From Podarcis cretensis (taxonomy: Eukaryota): a stretch of DNA of 64,000 nucleotides. Below the pieces are notes generated by a model. That model saw only the letters and a program-made list of their open reading frames with translations. It was not told the origin of the DNA and ran no database searches. Made by a program: the position numbers and the translations under genes. Where the stretch lies: positions 17,732,001 through 17,796,000 of the forward strand of contig OX638158.1 of NCBI GenBank assembly GCA_951804945.1, written 5' to 3'. This document shows positions 11,126 through 23,519 of this stretch, one piece after another. Position 1 is the first letter of the stretch. Each line of letters begins with the position of its first letter.

Positions 11126-12983
11126 GATTCAAAGGAGCTTCTTGCAACAGCGCCCTGCAAAGATGAATCCCCCGATGTACGGTTTTTCCCTGAACCGTTC
11201 CTCCCAGGAGAGGAGGCGCAAGTCAAGATCTGTGATGACCAAAAAGTCAAAAGCCCACCTGCACCACTCTCTCCAATACGGTCCCAGCCAGTTGCAATGC
11301 CTGAGACCATCACACCAACATCACCTGTGAAATCGCAGCCAGCAACTCCTGCAGCACCTGCATCTCCACCTGCCACCCCCTTGCCTATTTGTTCACAGCC
11401 TTTACCCTCTGGTGAAGCATCCATTCAATCTCCAGGGGAACCTGTGTGTTTCCAACCACTCCCAGCCTTAACCTCCACTCCTTTGGCCAAGCTTGCCCTA
11501 AAAAATCAAGATGGAGAGATGGAAAAATTGGGGAGCCCTACCACAGCAGAAGAAGCTTTGAAAAGGAATAATCTTGTGGAGGAGTTCTGGATGAAAAGTG
11601 CTGAAATCCGGAGGAGTTTGGGTCTCACCCCTGTGAACAGAAGCAGGGGACCAGAGCCAAGCTTTACCATTTCCCCCCTTGAGTCTGCCCCCCTGAAAAC
11701 ATACACCCCTGAGCGTATTTCAGAAGAGAAGGGGATCCACATTGTAAAACCTCAGTCAGCCTCAAAGAAGCCAGTCACAGCGAAGCTAGACAGTGAGCAG
11801 TTTTCTTTGCTGACTCCAAAATCCCCATCAGAGAGAGAGCTGAAAAATTTGAGTGATGTTAAGAGAGAGTTGTCCAGCAGTTCTGGACTGGGTCTTCAGG
11901 GCAGTTCATCAAACATGAGAACATTGGCCAGCCAGAGTTTCAACACTTCTGATTCCACCATGCTCACTCCTCCATCCAGCCCTCCGCCTCCACCACCTCA
12001 AAATGAAGAGCCAGCAACACTGCGGAGAAAAAGGCACCAGGCAACTTGGCAGAATGAGGCTGAGTCTAAGCCGGCTTCTATGCAAACACCTCACCCACCA
12101 CCAGCAGCCAATGAAAGGATCCGGCCAGCCAGGGAGTCATCCCAGCCCTCCAGAGTGGAGGTACGGAAATCATTTGTGGAGAGTGTAGATGAGATACCAT
12201 TTGCCGATGACGTGGAGGACACTTACGATGAGAGGACTGAGGATTCGAGCATCCATGAAAAATATTACACGCCCCCCAGTAGGCCGAGGCCAGAGAAGTC
12301 TCTTCACCTACATTTTGTTAAAGAGAATGGTGGGCCACCATCAATGGAAGGGGGGAGCCAGCAAAAGAGAGGCCTCCCTCAAGTCTCTGCAGAAGCGAAG
12401 GAGCTAGCGGAGGAAAGAATGAGAGCCAGAGAGAAGTCCATCAAGAGCCAGGCCTTACGCGATGCCATGGCTAAGCAGCTATGCAAGATGAAAGAACTGG
12501 AGATGGCCAATGCTGCTGGTGCTGCCAAGTTGCACAAGGCATCTACCATGCCTTCAAAGACCAAAGAGCTGTATTTTGAATCCCAGAAACATTTGGGTAT
12601 GAAAGCTGGCGAAGGCCCCACGCTGAAACACGAGGCTAGTAGTGACAGGTTCTTTTCACCCTTTGCGGACACCAGTGGGCGTGATGGGTCAGTCACATCC
12701 TCAGAAGGCTCTGGAGGGAAGAGTAAGAAAAGGACTTCTCTCTTCTCCCCCCGCAAGAACAAAAAGGAGAAGAAGTCCAAGAATGACAGCAAGCTCTCTG
12801 ACAAATCCAGCAGTGCGGCTGAGGAAGCCACGAAGCCCAAATCACTGTGGAAGTCTGTGTTCTCTGGCTATAAGAAAGACAAGAAGAAAAAGACAGATGA
12901 CAAATCCTGCCCTAGTACACCTTCCAGTGGGGCCACAGTGGATTCTGGGAAGCATAAGGCGTCTCCAATAGTTAGAGCAGCAG
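11126..12983 (+). CDS. MICAL3: MICAL3 large exon, 1858 nt, Pro/Ser-rich region
   Basis: Encodes LVEEFWMKSAEIRRSLGLTPV, KSFVESVDEIPFADDVEDTYD and KPKSLWKSVFSGYKKDKKKK as in MICAL3; tgtag / gtatag sites. Confidence 0.97.
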
Positions 12984-13075
12984 GTATAGTGTCACTGACT
13001 GCATTCTTTAGTGATTCCACTGTACCTGAAAATCTTTTGCAGATTTCTTCCATGCACAGAAAATGAGCCCAAGAA

Positions 13076-13422
13076 AGCCTCAGCGCCTAGGGCTTGCCGA
13101 TCAAAAGGTCGGCGGTTCGAATCCCTGCGGCGGGGTGTGCTCCCGCTGCTCGGTCCCAGCGCCTGCCAACATAGCAGTTCGAAAGCACCTCCGGGTGCAA
13201 GTAGATAAATAGGGACCGCTTACCAGCGGGAAGGTAAACGGCGTTTCCGTGTGCGGCTCTGGCTCTGGCTCTGGCCAGAGCAGCGATGTCACGCAGGCCA
13301 CGTGACCCGGAAGTGTCTCCGGACAGCGCTGGCCCCTGGCCTCTTAAGTGAGATGGGCGCACAACCCCAGAGTCTGTCAAGACTGGCCCGTACGGGCAGG
13401 GGTACCTTTACCTTTACCTTTA
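13076..13422 (+). mobile_element. Sauria SINE, 5'-truncated
   Basis: B-box GGTTCGAATCC, CpG-rich body, (ACCTTT)n tail. Confidence 0.88.
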
Positions 13423-14749
13423 ACCTGTGATTTGGGAGGTGATTAAGGGGGGAGGGGAGAGATAAGCATAAAAAGGCAGAAGAGGAACAAGGAAAGTATG
13501 AAAAAAAATAGTATTTTACAAAAGCATGGGATTTCTAGTTTTAGTTCGAGGAATAGGAATATGTGTTCCTCTGGATGTTCATGTACCCCAGTTCCAAGCA
13601 GTCGTGAATGGTATTTGGCAAACAACACACCACAAGCTCCCTTTAAAGTGATGTATGCAAGGGAGATGTATATTTTCTGTGGGTGCTTTCAGGGACTCCT
13701 TCAATTCTTGCAACCTCTTTCTCTTTTAAAAATGAAATTGTTGAAACAGCTTTCTTGTGGGAGGCCTGATTTGGGGGGGGGGGGGGCAGTTGCTCTGATG
13801 ATGATTGAGAATTAGTCCCCTACTCCTAAGCAGCATATTCACAGACATGCACATTTGGGGGAGGAGTACACAGCTACCCAGTGGTATCACTGTTCCCTGC
13901 CTAACTGGGAGCAGCTGTTTTATCCAAGTGCCCCAAATGGGCTACAAAAGATCCCATGCGTGGCCTAGTTTTGTGAGGCATGACTGGACACATCCATGAG
14001 TTTCCATTTTGCTGCAACACCCAGACTCTAGGGATATTTGTATCAGCAGCAGTGTTAGGCTTGATGTATGAGTCATCGTTTTCTCCCCCCAGTTCCCATC
14101 TCAAGCCTGGTGAAGTCAGTATGAACAGTCTGCTTCATTGTCAACCAGGCTTGGGAGTTTGGGATTAGGTTCATCTGGTTCTGTGCCCTGCTCTTATTTT
14201 AAGCCACTTGGACAAATCCATTTGAAGGATAGTGTTCTGAGTGATCTGATGGTTTTCTTTCTCATATATTGTCTGACTCAGTTTATAACTTTTAAAATAG
14301 CAGGTTGATTATCTGGAGAATAAGTAATAAAGGTGCCTCAGACGAAATCAGAAATATTCAGCAACTTGCAGCTTGAGGCCCAGCTCATAAACTTCCATTC
14401 CAGTTGCAATAGTATTGGCCTAATTGGTAGCATACCTTCCAGATAACTTGCTTGGCATGGAAAGAATAAGTCCCAGCTGTTCTTCAAGGAACATCTATAT
14501 TGCTTTTTGAAGAAAAGTATTGAAGAAGTATAAATCAAGGCATCTGAGAAAGTTACTAGTGGAGGTGCAAAAAGGTCACACTCTTAGATCTTCCGCAGAT
14601 TATTATAATTAATGCCAGCAGCACGATATCTCTTTCCCATGTCATAGAAGAGGAGGGATGTAATCTTACTGTAGGTAAAACAGGGACAGATAAACCTGGT
14701 GTGTATTTGCTTTCTTCCACCGAACTCATAGATGCATAAACACACACTC

Positions 14750-14890
14750 TTTTTTATCTTCACAACAACAACCCTGTGAGATAGGCTAGGTGAGTACCTC
14801 AAGGTCACCCAGTGAACTTCATGACCAAGTGAGGATTTGAACCTGAGTCTCCCCTGTTCCTGCCCAACACTGTAACCACTGCACCACCAT
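14750..14890 (-). mobile_element. Old MIR/CORE-like SINE fragment; relatives at ~19760-19955, ~48300-48450, ~50960-51130, ~62450-62610
   Basis: Recurrent CACAACAACCCTGTGAG-TAGG...AAGGTCACCCAG...GATTTGAACCT motif. Confidence 0.6.
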
Positions 14891-15187
14891 GACTCTCAGT
14901 GATGTGGTTAGAAATAAATTTAGTAGGGACCAGGGAGGAGAAATGTGTCCTTCAACATTAAAGAAATTGAGCACACAGATGTCAAAGAACATCATTAAAA
15001 ATGGGGAGGGGGAATCACAAACGGCCAGGGCATTGCTCCGGGAGAAAGGGGTAGCTGCTCTAGTCAATGTAGCACAGTGGGTGGCATGTTCTTTTTTTCA
15101 GACTTCAAGAGACTCATCATCTAAGTTCATTATGATGCCAGCTGCTCCTCTGGCTGTGTCATCTGATTTGTTTCTTTACCATCGCAG

Positions 15188-15282
15188 ATTTGCAACTACG
15201 TCGACACTTAAGCTTCTCTGAGGACTCTGACCTCTCCAACGATGACGTCTTAGAGCGCTCTTCACAGAGATCCAAGCGAGAG
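15188..15282 (+). CDS. MICAL3: MICAL3 exon, 95 nt (LQLRRHLSFSEDSDLSNDDVLERSSQRSKRE)
   Basis: cgcag / gtaaga sites; near-identical to human LQLRRQLSFSEDSDLSSDDVLE. Confidence 0.96.
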
Positions 15283-18200
15283 GTAAGATTAAACTGGGTG
15301 GGAAATGTTGAGCTAGCTGTGCTCTTTCATAGCCAAGATAAATAATAAAACCTTAGGAAAGCTGAAGTGATTAATGTTTAATATTTTCTATTAATTTACT
15401 TTATCTGGGCTGGAAGAAACCTGCAGACAAAAGCCCACTTTTGGATATATCTGGAATTATACTGTAAAAACTCAATGTTTATGAAGAACATTGCTTTTCA
15501 CATCTATTAATAACTATATATGGTATCTACACAGATCAGATGATCTGCCTATCTATACAAACACACTTTTAGCAAATGTCGGAACTGTGACATCCACATT
15601 TAGCACACTGACCACTTAATTGCTTTATATGAGTTGTCCATTGGGGTATAGAACAAACACATTGATCCAGAAATATAGGTCCTCCTGAGGAATCCTCACT
15701 TTTGGCCTGAAATGCTGGATCTCTTTCCTAAATGATTCCACTGGCTATGTCTCAACCTCAGTTATGTGATCTGTAGCATCAATTTATCATCTCACATTGC
15801 TCCTGTTGAGAATGAGATGCAGCTTGCAAAGCTGGTATGTTTGTTCCAGTTGTTGTTCCTTTGATGTGTACTGGGAATGGCTTGTATGGTTTACACCTCA
15901 TGACAAACCATATCACTGGTTTAGGACTCAGTTTCCAAGCTTTATGGGAAAGTCACTACCTCATCAAAGAGGTGCTAAGTTCCTTGCACTGTTCAGTTTT
16001 ATGACAGTGAAGAACGCCCTACAAGCGCTGTTTCAAATGGCAAGATGGAGGTCTTATTTGCAAGTATGATTATTTGCATGTCGAGCAAATAATCTGTAGT
16101 TCTTCCGGCTAAAAGATCTGCTTGTGAGTAAGCACTCCAACTGGCCACTTTTATCTTGGATGATAAATTACAGCTCAGGCAGCTGTCCAAGGATGATGAT
16201 GTAAGCTTGTAAATGTGACTGTCTTTCATACTCAGACGCTGAGTTTCTTCCCATGTTTAACATACCTATATTTGAGCTGTTGTTGTTTTTTATTGGACCC
16301 TTCCCTGCCCCCCAACTTCCCAAATGCTTGCCTTCAGGATTTTCCTGGCAGGTTCCACATTACATCTGGGATGCAAAGGAATGAGGAGGTACCTGGGGGT
16401 GCTGGAAACAGCATCATGGGAGAGGGTAGTAGTAACAATGTGGTGGGTTCTGATAAGTCATGAAGCAGTTACTTACTCATGTCTGCATAGAGCAGAAGTG
16501 GGAACCTGTGGCCTTCCAGATGTTGTGGGATTCCCACTTCTACCTTCCCCAGCCAACATAGGCAATAGACAGGGAGGGTGGGAGTTGCAGCCCAGCAACA
16601 TCTGTAGGGCCTTGCTACCCAATCCCTGGCTTAGAGCCCTGAAGCTGCCTCAACGTTCATATATCTGCTTAGCATGGATTGGTTAGCACTTTTACCACAT
16701 CTGACTCACACAGGTGGCCAACATGTGATGAAGAGTGAGAATTACGTCACCTCTAAATAGCCATTGGAGTGCTTAATGGTTGTTTTGTTGTGTATTTTGA
16801 ATATTGCAGACATTCCAGGTATCTTAATCAACAGCAAAGAACTGTTATTAATATGCATTGAGAGTTGCATCAAGAAGGAATATGTACTGAAAGAGTAGAA
16901 GTAATTGGTCATTTTACCAATCTTAACTCCTCCAGTTACATGAATGAAAGGATGGTTAAACATTCCATGGACTAACTAATCCTCTCCAGTTCTGATATTG
17001 AGCTGGGGTGCATAAAACAAAGCAGCTCTCTTACCTCAGTAGAGAGATCAGGAGCAGGCTGCAGGATTGTTGTGTCAGTGACAATACATGGCTTGACTGC
17101 AGTGAAGAAGAGAGGGGAGCAGCTGTGAGGAAGAAATACACAATTGCAGTCTGTTCCCCATTGCTTAGTTGTAGTTCATAGAGCCACCTTTGCTCTTCAC
17201 TGCCCCAGTGTGATGTTTTCCATGCTGGTGAGTTGTGAGAACAGAAATGGCAGGGTGTTGTGGGATGGTCTTAATTTGATTACTAATCTGGAATACAAGG
17301 GCATGGTCTTGTGTGTGCCTCCTGAGGCAGTATTTTCTTCTCTCTGCTACATGACCGATCATGAACTGCTTATAGACCAAAACCCAGCAGCTAGCGCTCT
17401 TGTTGCAATACCATATCCTCTTCCCAAAGGTTGCCTGTTTGATGTGGTTTACTGTAATGTTTGCAATTAGCTCTTTAGTTTTGTCTGCTGTCTAACACTA
17501 GAAGCAGCTTCTAAATAAATGCTGGTATAGCTTGCTGTGGGATATGTGCTTCTTGGAGCTTTGGTCAGTGTATGTGTGTATGTGCTGATGTTGTAAAATA
17601 TTTGATATACTTAGTATCTGGCTGTTCATTCAAGGATATATTACCTTCTCTGGTAGCCTGCTGAAGGCCGAGGTTTTGTCTACAGCAGGGGTCCCCAACT
17701 GTCATGCCTGTTATGGTCATGGAGGGCCCCTCCTAGTTACAAAACAGATCAACCCTTGGCCTGGTCCACTAGGCTTTTCTTATGCTCTTATGCTAAGGGG
17801 GATGTTTGACACTGTGGGTGTCATATTGGAGGACCCAAAGTCTAAACTCTGGTTGCACTTCAGTTTTTCCTTCATGTTTATTCATTTATTTAATGAAGAT
17901 TAAGCGCACTGTGAAAGTACTGAAAGGCAGAGTGACATGTGTGCTTTAAGCAATTCCATAAAAGGTACCATACAATTGCAAAAAAAACAACAACTGGGCA
18001 CAAAATTCAGTGTTCTGAAAAATCACATTTCATTTAAAAAAAAAGAGTGACACTTATAGCCTATGAAACGGGGAAACTCTGGTTTACTAGCTGCTGCTGG
18101 ACACCATTCATCCCTGTCCTTTGGCTGAGCTGCCTGGGACTGATGGGAGTTGTAATCCAACAATTTCTGGAGGGCTGTAGTTCCCCCGTTCCTGCTATAA

Positions 18201-19342
18201 CACTTCTGAGATGGGTAATGCCTTAGGGAGGAGCAAGGTTTTCCAGGGTAATTGACCGGGCTTCAATGGCCTGTTTGGCTCTTTGTCCTGCATAACTAAC
18301 CAAAGCAGCACCACGTGCAAATTTTCATTTGCAAAATTGTTTAACTGAGTGCTTTCCAGGGTGGAAGGATGCCTAGGTGCCCTGTGCAAAACGATAATGT
18401 CTGTAAAGGTAAATCTCAATTCAAGTGGAAGATTGGAGTCAGACTTGAATGCCAAACTAGGCATTCATACACAGTTTCATTAGACAAGAAATAGTTATGT
18501 GACTATTCCTCGGGGGAGAAGCACAGATACACATATGGGGGGTGGGTATGATCAGCTGCTTTCTCCCATGTGAACTCTGTCACTGCCATAGTTGTCTTTA
18601 AACTCCCTCCTTCCACTATTCCTTCTGAACAGTAACAGAAGCTTTGCAGAGCCCTTTTCTTCCAATCCACCTGCGCTGCAAACTTCCATTTGCTTCTGCC
18701 TTGGCCCAGGCAAGGATGCAAGCAACAGAAGAGTGAAACAAGGAGAGGGCTCTGTGTAATCCTCTTTTTACTGTTCATGCAGGAGCAAATGGAGTTAAGC
18801 TTCTGCATGCATTTAAGCTTATGATAGTGAATCAGTAGGCTGAGCAACAATAATAACGTCTCTTAATTAAAAACAGCTGCTTTGTTGCTATGTTGTACCT
18901 AAATTGGTCTGGCCTGGACTTCCACAAGTTGTGATCCCTGTCATCTCCCAAGCTGAACAGTGCTCCCAAGCCATGTATATTAGTGCACCAAGAGTTTGAT
19001 GAACCAACTCTTTCTGTTGCCTGTGACTACCAAAATTGGCAGCGGGGGTTGGGTAGGGGGTAGGGTTGTACCTCTGGCAGGCTACAATACATGGCTTGTA
19101 GGTTGCATTTGGGTTTGGGTCACAGGCAGTGCAGGCCTGGTCAAGTATTTGTTTCCTGATTCTGAAGCATTCACCCTCATACATAGTGCCATGTTGCACT
19201 TCGAGCAACCTTTGTGTTTGTTACTGTTCATTTTGTTTTCAGCGTATTAATGTTTAACTGGCTGTGCTCCATTTTATGTGTGTGGGTTTTATTATTTATT
19301 TATTTTTGCCTTTGCCATTCCTTCCCCCTCCCCCTTTTAAAG

Positions 19343-19393
19343 TCGATTTACGTCCCACACGCCTTGGCATTCAAGAGATCATACGCATCAAAG
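19343..19393 (+). CDS. MICAL3: MICAL3 cassette exon, 51 nt, phase 0-0 (SIYVPHALAFKRSYASK)
   Basis: Pyrimidine tract + aag acceptor, AAG|gtagt donor, frame-preserving, three TGCATG and one ACTAAT downstream. Confidence 0.8.
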
Positions 19394-20243
19394 GTAGTGT
19401 CTCCATTCTCATTGACTGGCCACAGTTGCATGCATTCCCATTATTAACCTTCCAGAACTACTGTATAGTCTATGTCCCATCTCCCTGCCTTTGTTTGTAC
19501 TAATGTAATTACTGACTGTGCATGTATGAAATGGTTAAAAAAAATAAGGGCAACCTGATCAAGGAAATGTCAAATCCTAAACCTTCATGCTCACTTGAAA
19601 TGCATGCAGTATGTGCATCAAGGATCAACCAGAGAGAGAAAACCTCTTGATCTTGTTTTGTTGCTTTTTAAAAAGGTTTTAAAGGGTATTTTGCTGGACA
19701 TATTAGGTATTTACTTATATCTGGTATAAATTGAAATTATTTTACTTTATTATTTATTGCATTTTTATTCTGCTCATCCTCCAAGGAGATCAAGGTGGCT
19801 TACAAGATTTCCCCATTTTATCCTCACAACAACCCTGATAGGTAGGGTAAGCTGAGAGGAAGAGATCAGCTGAAGGTCACCCAGTGAGCTGAATGGAGAT
19901 TTGAGCTTGGATCTCCCCAATTGTAGTCCTCTACTCTAATCACCATGCCACACAGTAGCCTTGGCCATTATAATTTATTGATATGTTTCTGTACACTCCG
20001 TATAAGTCAGTGTAAAAAATAAAAGTATACACATAGGTAGAGTGCACAAAACAAGCGTCATTTTAATAATAATAACAACAACAACAACTTTTGCAAATAC
20101 TTGTGTTCATTCCCACCGTTCTCCAAATCATTTGGTTAATTCTGAATTATTGATGAAAGCTGGTTCCAAATTGCAGCCCAAGTAACATATTGTTTTAGGG
20201 GGTATCACAATATCACCTCAGTTGCCCCTCTTCCCATTTTAAG

Positions 20244-20248
<5 letters not shown>

Positions 20249-20295
<47 letters not shown>

Positions 20296-20353
20296 TTATT
20301 ATTTGTACCCCGCCCATCTGGCTGGGTCTCCCCAGCCACTCTGGGCGGCTTCC
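20249..20353 (-). mobile_element. LINE 3' tail fragment with (AAT)n microsatellite
   Basis: Reverse complement matches 6254-6329. Confidence 0.65.
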
Positions 20354-22225
20354 ATAAAAACCAAAAATACACTAAAATATCACAGATTAAAAACTTTCAC
20401 ATCAGTGGCTGTAATTGGTTTTGTACCTGTTCCATTTCCCTAAGGAACTCTTGAGTTCTATGTGAGTGTGACCTAGATATGTCAAACTGACTTCTCAGCA
20501 AGCTACAGTTCTCGAGATTCTTGGGAGAAACCAGTATCAAGTTTGTTGTGCAGCGATGCCTTCCAACTCTGCTCACAGGTTATATTCTCATGTTACCATT
20601 TTGTGTGTCGAAATCTACACATCTTTGAAGGCGTGCACATTGTAATATGAGAGTTGTCATCCAGGTGTGTTTTCTTCTTTTGGCGTAGTATATGCTTCAA
20701 CTTCTTGATGCATACATTGAGCCAAATGGGAAATAAATGTGCAAGCATTCTCAGCTTAGGAAATGCAGGTTTTCCTGCTGAAGTGTGGATTTTAACATAT
20801 AAAAATGTAATATGAGAAGTAGCACTTGATTTGAGGTTGCAGTCTTGAATAAGAAAACACTGAAAGAGGCAATTCACGGATTTGCTTTTCTCAGGGCAAA
20901 CACATCACTTTTACACATTCTGTAGCCAAATACTTACATAAGCTACCAGTAAAACTGTTAGGATGGGCTTAGTGGGGCTCCAAAGTGATCTTCCTGTGAT
21001 TTAGCATCTTTTTAGCACTAATAAACTCTGGTAACGCTAATGACTTCCAATCTCTAATCTGACCAGGATTTCAGCCACCCAAATCTTGTTGACTTGATTT
21101 TTTAAAATGGCATGAAGGTAATAGGGGATGCTGGGATATTTGTGTCAATCGGGGGCTGCTCTGAATTGTCAAGGGAGGATAATAGGTTAGGAAAACACAT
21201 GATCCACACATCTTGTTACAACATGGATGTGAATTCTCAGCCCCAAAGCAACTCTGTAAGTTGCATGTTTATCTTGAAACTAGTTGTGTATATTAATGAT
21301 TTTGACAAGATGTTTAAAAGACACTGGAGTATGTGTCCATAAAACTGGAAGACATAGGCAGCTTATAACCCCATAGAGGTAGTTCACACCACAAATTTAT
21401 AGTTAAGTTGTATGATCAGCAGGCCCATGTGACACAACTGCTACTTGACCATTTAAGACTGTTGTAAGGGTGCTCTCACAGTTGTATGCTTGCCTAGAAT
21501 GTTTTTATGTTAGCTGGAAGGATATTTGCGTAGCTTTCCTCATTGCGTTCTAGTTTTGTATGTGCTAAGAATTTACTTTTTAATATAGTAAAGAATTCAT
21601 ATTGCCATTATTCCCATTTGCTGGTTGAAGTGATTACATAGGCCTTTAGTGCATTACATAGGCCTTTAGATCATGAGTTTCCTCTATTGTTGCATTGAAA
21701 ATGCAGGTTGAGTGGTTCCATGCCCTGCAGATTAAGTGATTGATAGGAGTTGCAAATATGGTAGGAGTTGCAACCTGGAGTCATGGTAGCACAAGGAAAT
21801 AGGCAGTATACCATGTGCTTTAATCTACAATGACCTCTCAGCCTATTTCGTAAGATGATTTGGTCACGGGTTTATTTTTTTTACTTTGCCTAGGTCAAAA
21901 AGTAAAACAACAGGCTCCCTTCTTTGTAAGAAAGCTGATGAAATCAGGCACACCTCCTATCTTTAGGGCAAGCCACAAGGAGAATTGAAGAGGATGCAGC
22001 TGTAACTGGAAGCTCTCTGTTAAATCACTGCTTTGCACCTGATTCATGCCTTTCCTTCACACCTTACTTCTGCACCAAGGCCCACGCACTGCACTATTAG
22101 CACTCAAATTGACAGTTTGCCCGCTGAGAAGAAAGCCCAGCAAGTAGCACCTTCTGTTCCTACTTATTGAGGCTGACAGCTTTGTTGTAAGGGACTGAAA
22201 TGCATTCCTCTCTTTATTGCTGCAG

Positions 22226-22333
22226 AAAGCATACACGGAGGATGAGCTCAACGCCAAACTGACCAGGCGGGTGCAGAAAGCTGCTCGCCGTCAAGCCAAG
22301 CAGGAGGAGCTGAAGAGGTTACACAGGGCTCAG
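22226..22333 (+). CDS. MICAL3: MICAL3 exon, 108 nt (KAYTEDELNAKLTRRVQKAARRQAKQEELKRLHRAQ)
   Basis: tgcag / gtaaag sites; start of C-terminal coiled coil. Confidence 0.97.
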
Positions 22334-23425
22334 GTAAAGCCACAATTTCCATCCATAATTTCCAGGAAGAAAAATTCATGAGCCTTTAAGAAGATAACCA
22401 ACTGCATGTCTCGAGGAATGTCACATTACATTGACCTGTCTGGTGGTATGGTCCTGACGTTTTCCCATAATTAACTGCACTTCCTACATGTAAGGTTTGA
22501 CAACGGTACATATTACTCTCCTGTTGCTGCCTGGAGTGCCGCTTTTGTAAGAAACCTGTATGAGCAGCTGCAAGCAATATACCTATGTACACTTCTGCCT
22601 TGTACGGATCCGAAACAGTAACTGGAGAATGTGTGACTTATCAATATCCTGAAGACACTTCACACAGCAGCACAAACAAAAAGGCATATCCCGGCCCTGA
22701 GGAGCTTTCAGTCTAGATTTTGACCAAATGGAGACAAAGGAGAGGAAGGTGGACCCTGGGGCAAGAGGAAGAATATACACAAATTCATACTACTCAAATA
22801 TAGTAGGGGGTTATGGTTAAGAGATGTTGTGGAAGAAAGATTCCAAAATTATTTGAAGGTGTTTTTGGGAAAGGTGTGTGAGTACTTCCCACGTATCTAG
22901 GGCTTGCCCACACTTTGCTTGTCCCATGCCTAGAAAGCATGAGTCTGAGAAGTTTTCTGTTTGCCCCGCTGCTTGCCTCATGAAAACCTACTCTTTGGCA
23001 CTGAATCGGAGCAAAGTCAATCCATGGGAAACCTGATTGACATTTGCTCCGATTCAGTGCTAAAGAGTAGATTTCCCTGGGGGAAAGCAAATGTGTAGAC
23101 GAGCCCCTGCTCCCCATAGTGTCCACACACTGGATACTTCACCCACCATTTTTAAGGACACACGGAGAGCATGTTGCCAAACCAGGTACTTGGAGGGGAA
23201 ATTCCCAGATGGGCCACTGTTTGGAAAACATCAGTGCTCTCTTTTCCCCCAGGAGTTGATAGTCAGTTACAAAACCTTAAGGCCCCTCTGGTTTTTGCCT
23301 CTGGAACAGCTCTTAGGTGGCGCTGGTCTGCTTTGGAAGCACTGGAGATTCTTGAAATTAGTATCCTGCCATTTGAACACAGGAGAATGAGGACCTATGT
23401 GTCTGTTTTCCCTCTTTTCCCATAG

Positions 23426-23519
23426 ATTATCCAGCGACAGCTGGAGCAAGTAGAAGAGAAGCAAAGGCAGCTGGAGGAGAGGGGAGTCGCTGTTGAGAAG
23501 GCTCTTAGGGGAGAAGCAG
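23426..23519 (+). CDS. MICAL3: MICAL3 bMERB exon, 94 nt (IIQRQLEQVEEKQRQLEERGVAVEKALRGEA)
   Basis: catag / gtacct sites; bMERB (DUF3585) first helix. Confidence 0.97.

Noticed and set aside
11297-13066. 589-aa ORF as a standalone gene
   Set aside because: It is the internal MICAL3 exon (11126-12983) plus read-through into the intron
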